IMG/VR virus record: IMGVR_UViG_3300044717_000012 | Length of the DNA: 64,000 nt | Strand: one strand, 5' to 3' | Source of the DNA: an uncultured virus (IMG/VR IMGVR_UViG_3300044717_000012) | Taxonomy: Duplodnaviria; Heunggongvirae; Uroviricota; Caudoviricetes | Shown here: in pieces, positions 63,816 to 64,000 of the stretch | How positions within the stretch are numbered: position 1 is the first letter of the stretch | How the letters are laid out: each line of letters begins with the position of its first letter | Notes under the pieces: generated by a model | Seen by the model: only the letters and a program-made list of their open reading frames with translations | Database searches by the model: none | What the model was told of the DNA's origin: nothing | Made by a program: the position numbers and the translations under genes

Positions 63816-64000
63816 ATGAGCAGATCAATCTCAGAGCGTATGCATCACATTATCGAGACTAACCGCGCTGCAGGTCGGCTCTGTGCTAATGCTGAGACGC
63901 ACTGCTGTGCAACAGCGACCATCAATGTGACGCAGGATGTCTGGTCAGTGTCTGTAGGAGTGGGGAGGTCACGTGTACTTGTGATGACTATGTGCAATAA
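63816..64000 (+). CDS. Hypothetical protein, partial
   Basis: Open from leaderless ATG to window end (MSRSISERMHH...). Confidence 0.55.
   Translation, partial: MSRSISERMHHIIETNRAAGRLCANAETHCCATATINVTQDVWSVSVGVGRSRVLVMTMCN

Noticed and set aside
1..64000. Apparent abundance of GAGCTC, CTAG and GATC
   Set aside because: Impression only, not counted; GAGCTC can be explained by Glu-Leu codons
1..64000. tRNA genes, integrase/att sites, reverse transcriptase or DGR
   Set aside because: No cloverleaf/T-loop, recombinase or RT motifs recognised; they may lie outside the window

Overview
This window is most of the genome of a tailed, HK97-fold (siphovirus-like) actinobacteriophage or phage-plasmid, roughly 60% GC by eye. 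No integrase, tRNA, rRNA or CRISPR array was seen. Most genes are on the minus strand. 1-19.3 kb: virion and packaging genes (terminases, portal, protease, capsid, head-tail, tail, frameshifting chaperone, short tape measure, minor tails). About 21.8-22.1 kb: AT-rich non-coding tract, a candidate cos/genome end. 23-31.7 kb: membrane and peptidase genes, HNH nuclease and a host-like MetE-fold cassette. 32.9-48 kb: replication, recombination and nucleotide metabolism. 50-64 kb: accessory region with many membrane proteins, a RapZ-C protein, an FtsK/TraB-like translocase and Lsr2. Highlights: (1) a single 1846-aa primase-polymerase + SF3 helicase + family A DNA polymerase ORF whose linker reads through an iteron-rich candidate origin; (2) the palindrome (C)GTGTACAC(G) repeated 16 times at fairly even spacing; (3) antisense mini-operons with leaderless promoters placed back-to-back with late-gene ribosome-binding sites; (4) a TraB-like transfer module with an adjacent repeat cluster; (5) several duplicated genes, including two SF2 helicases. 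All assignments come from motif recognition by eye; no database searches were run.
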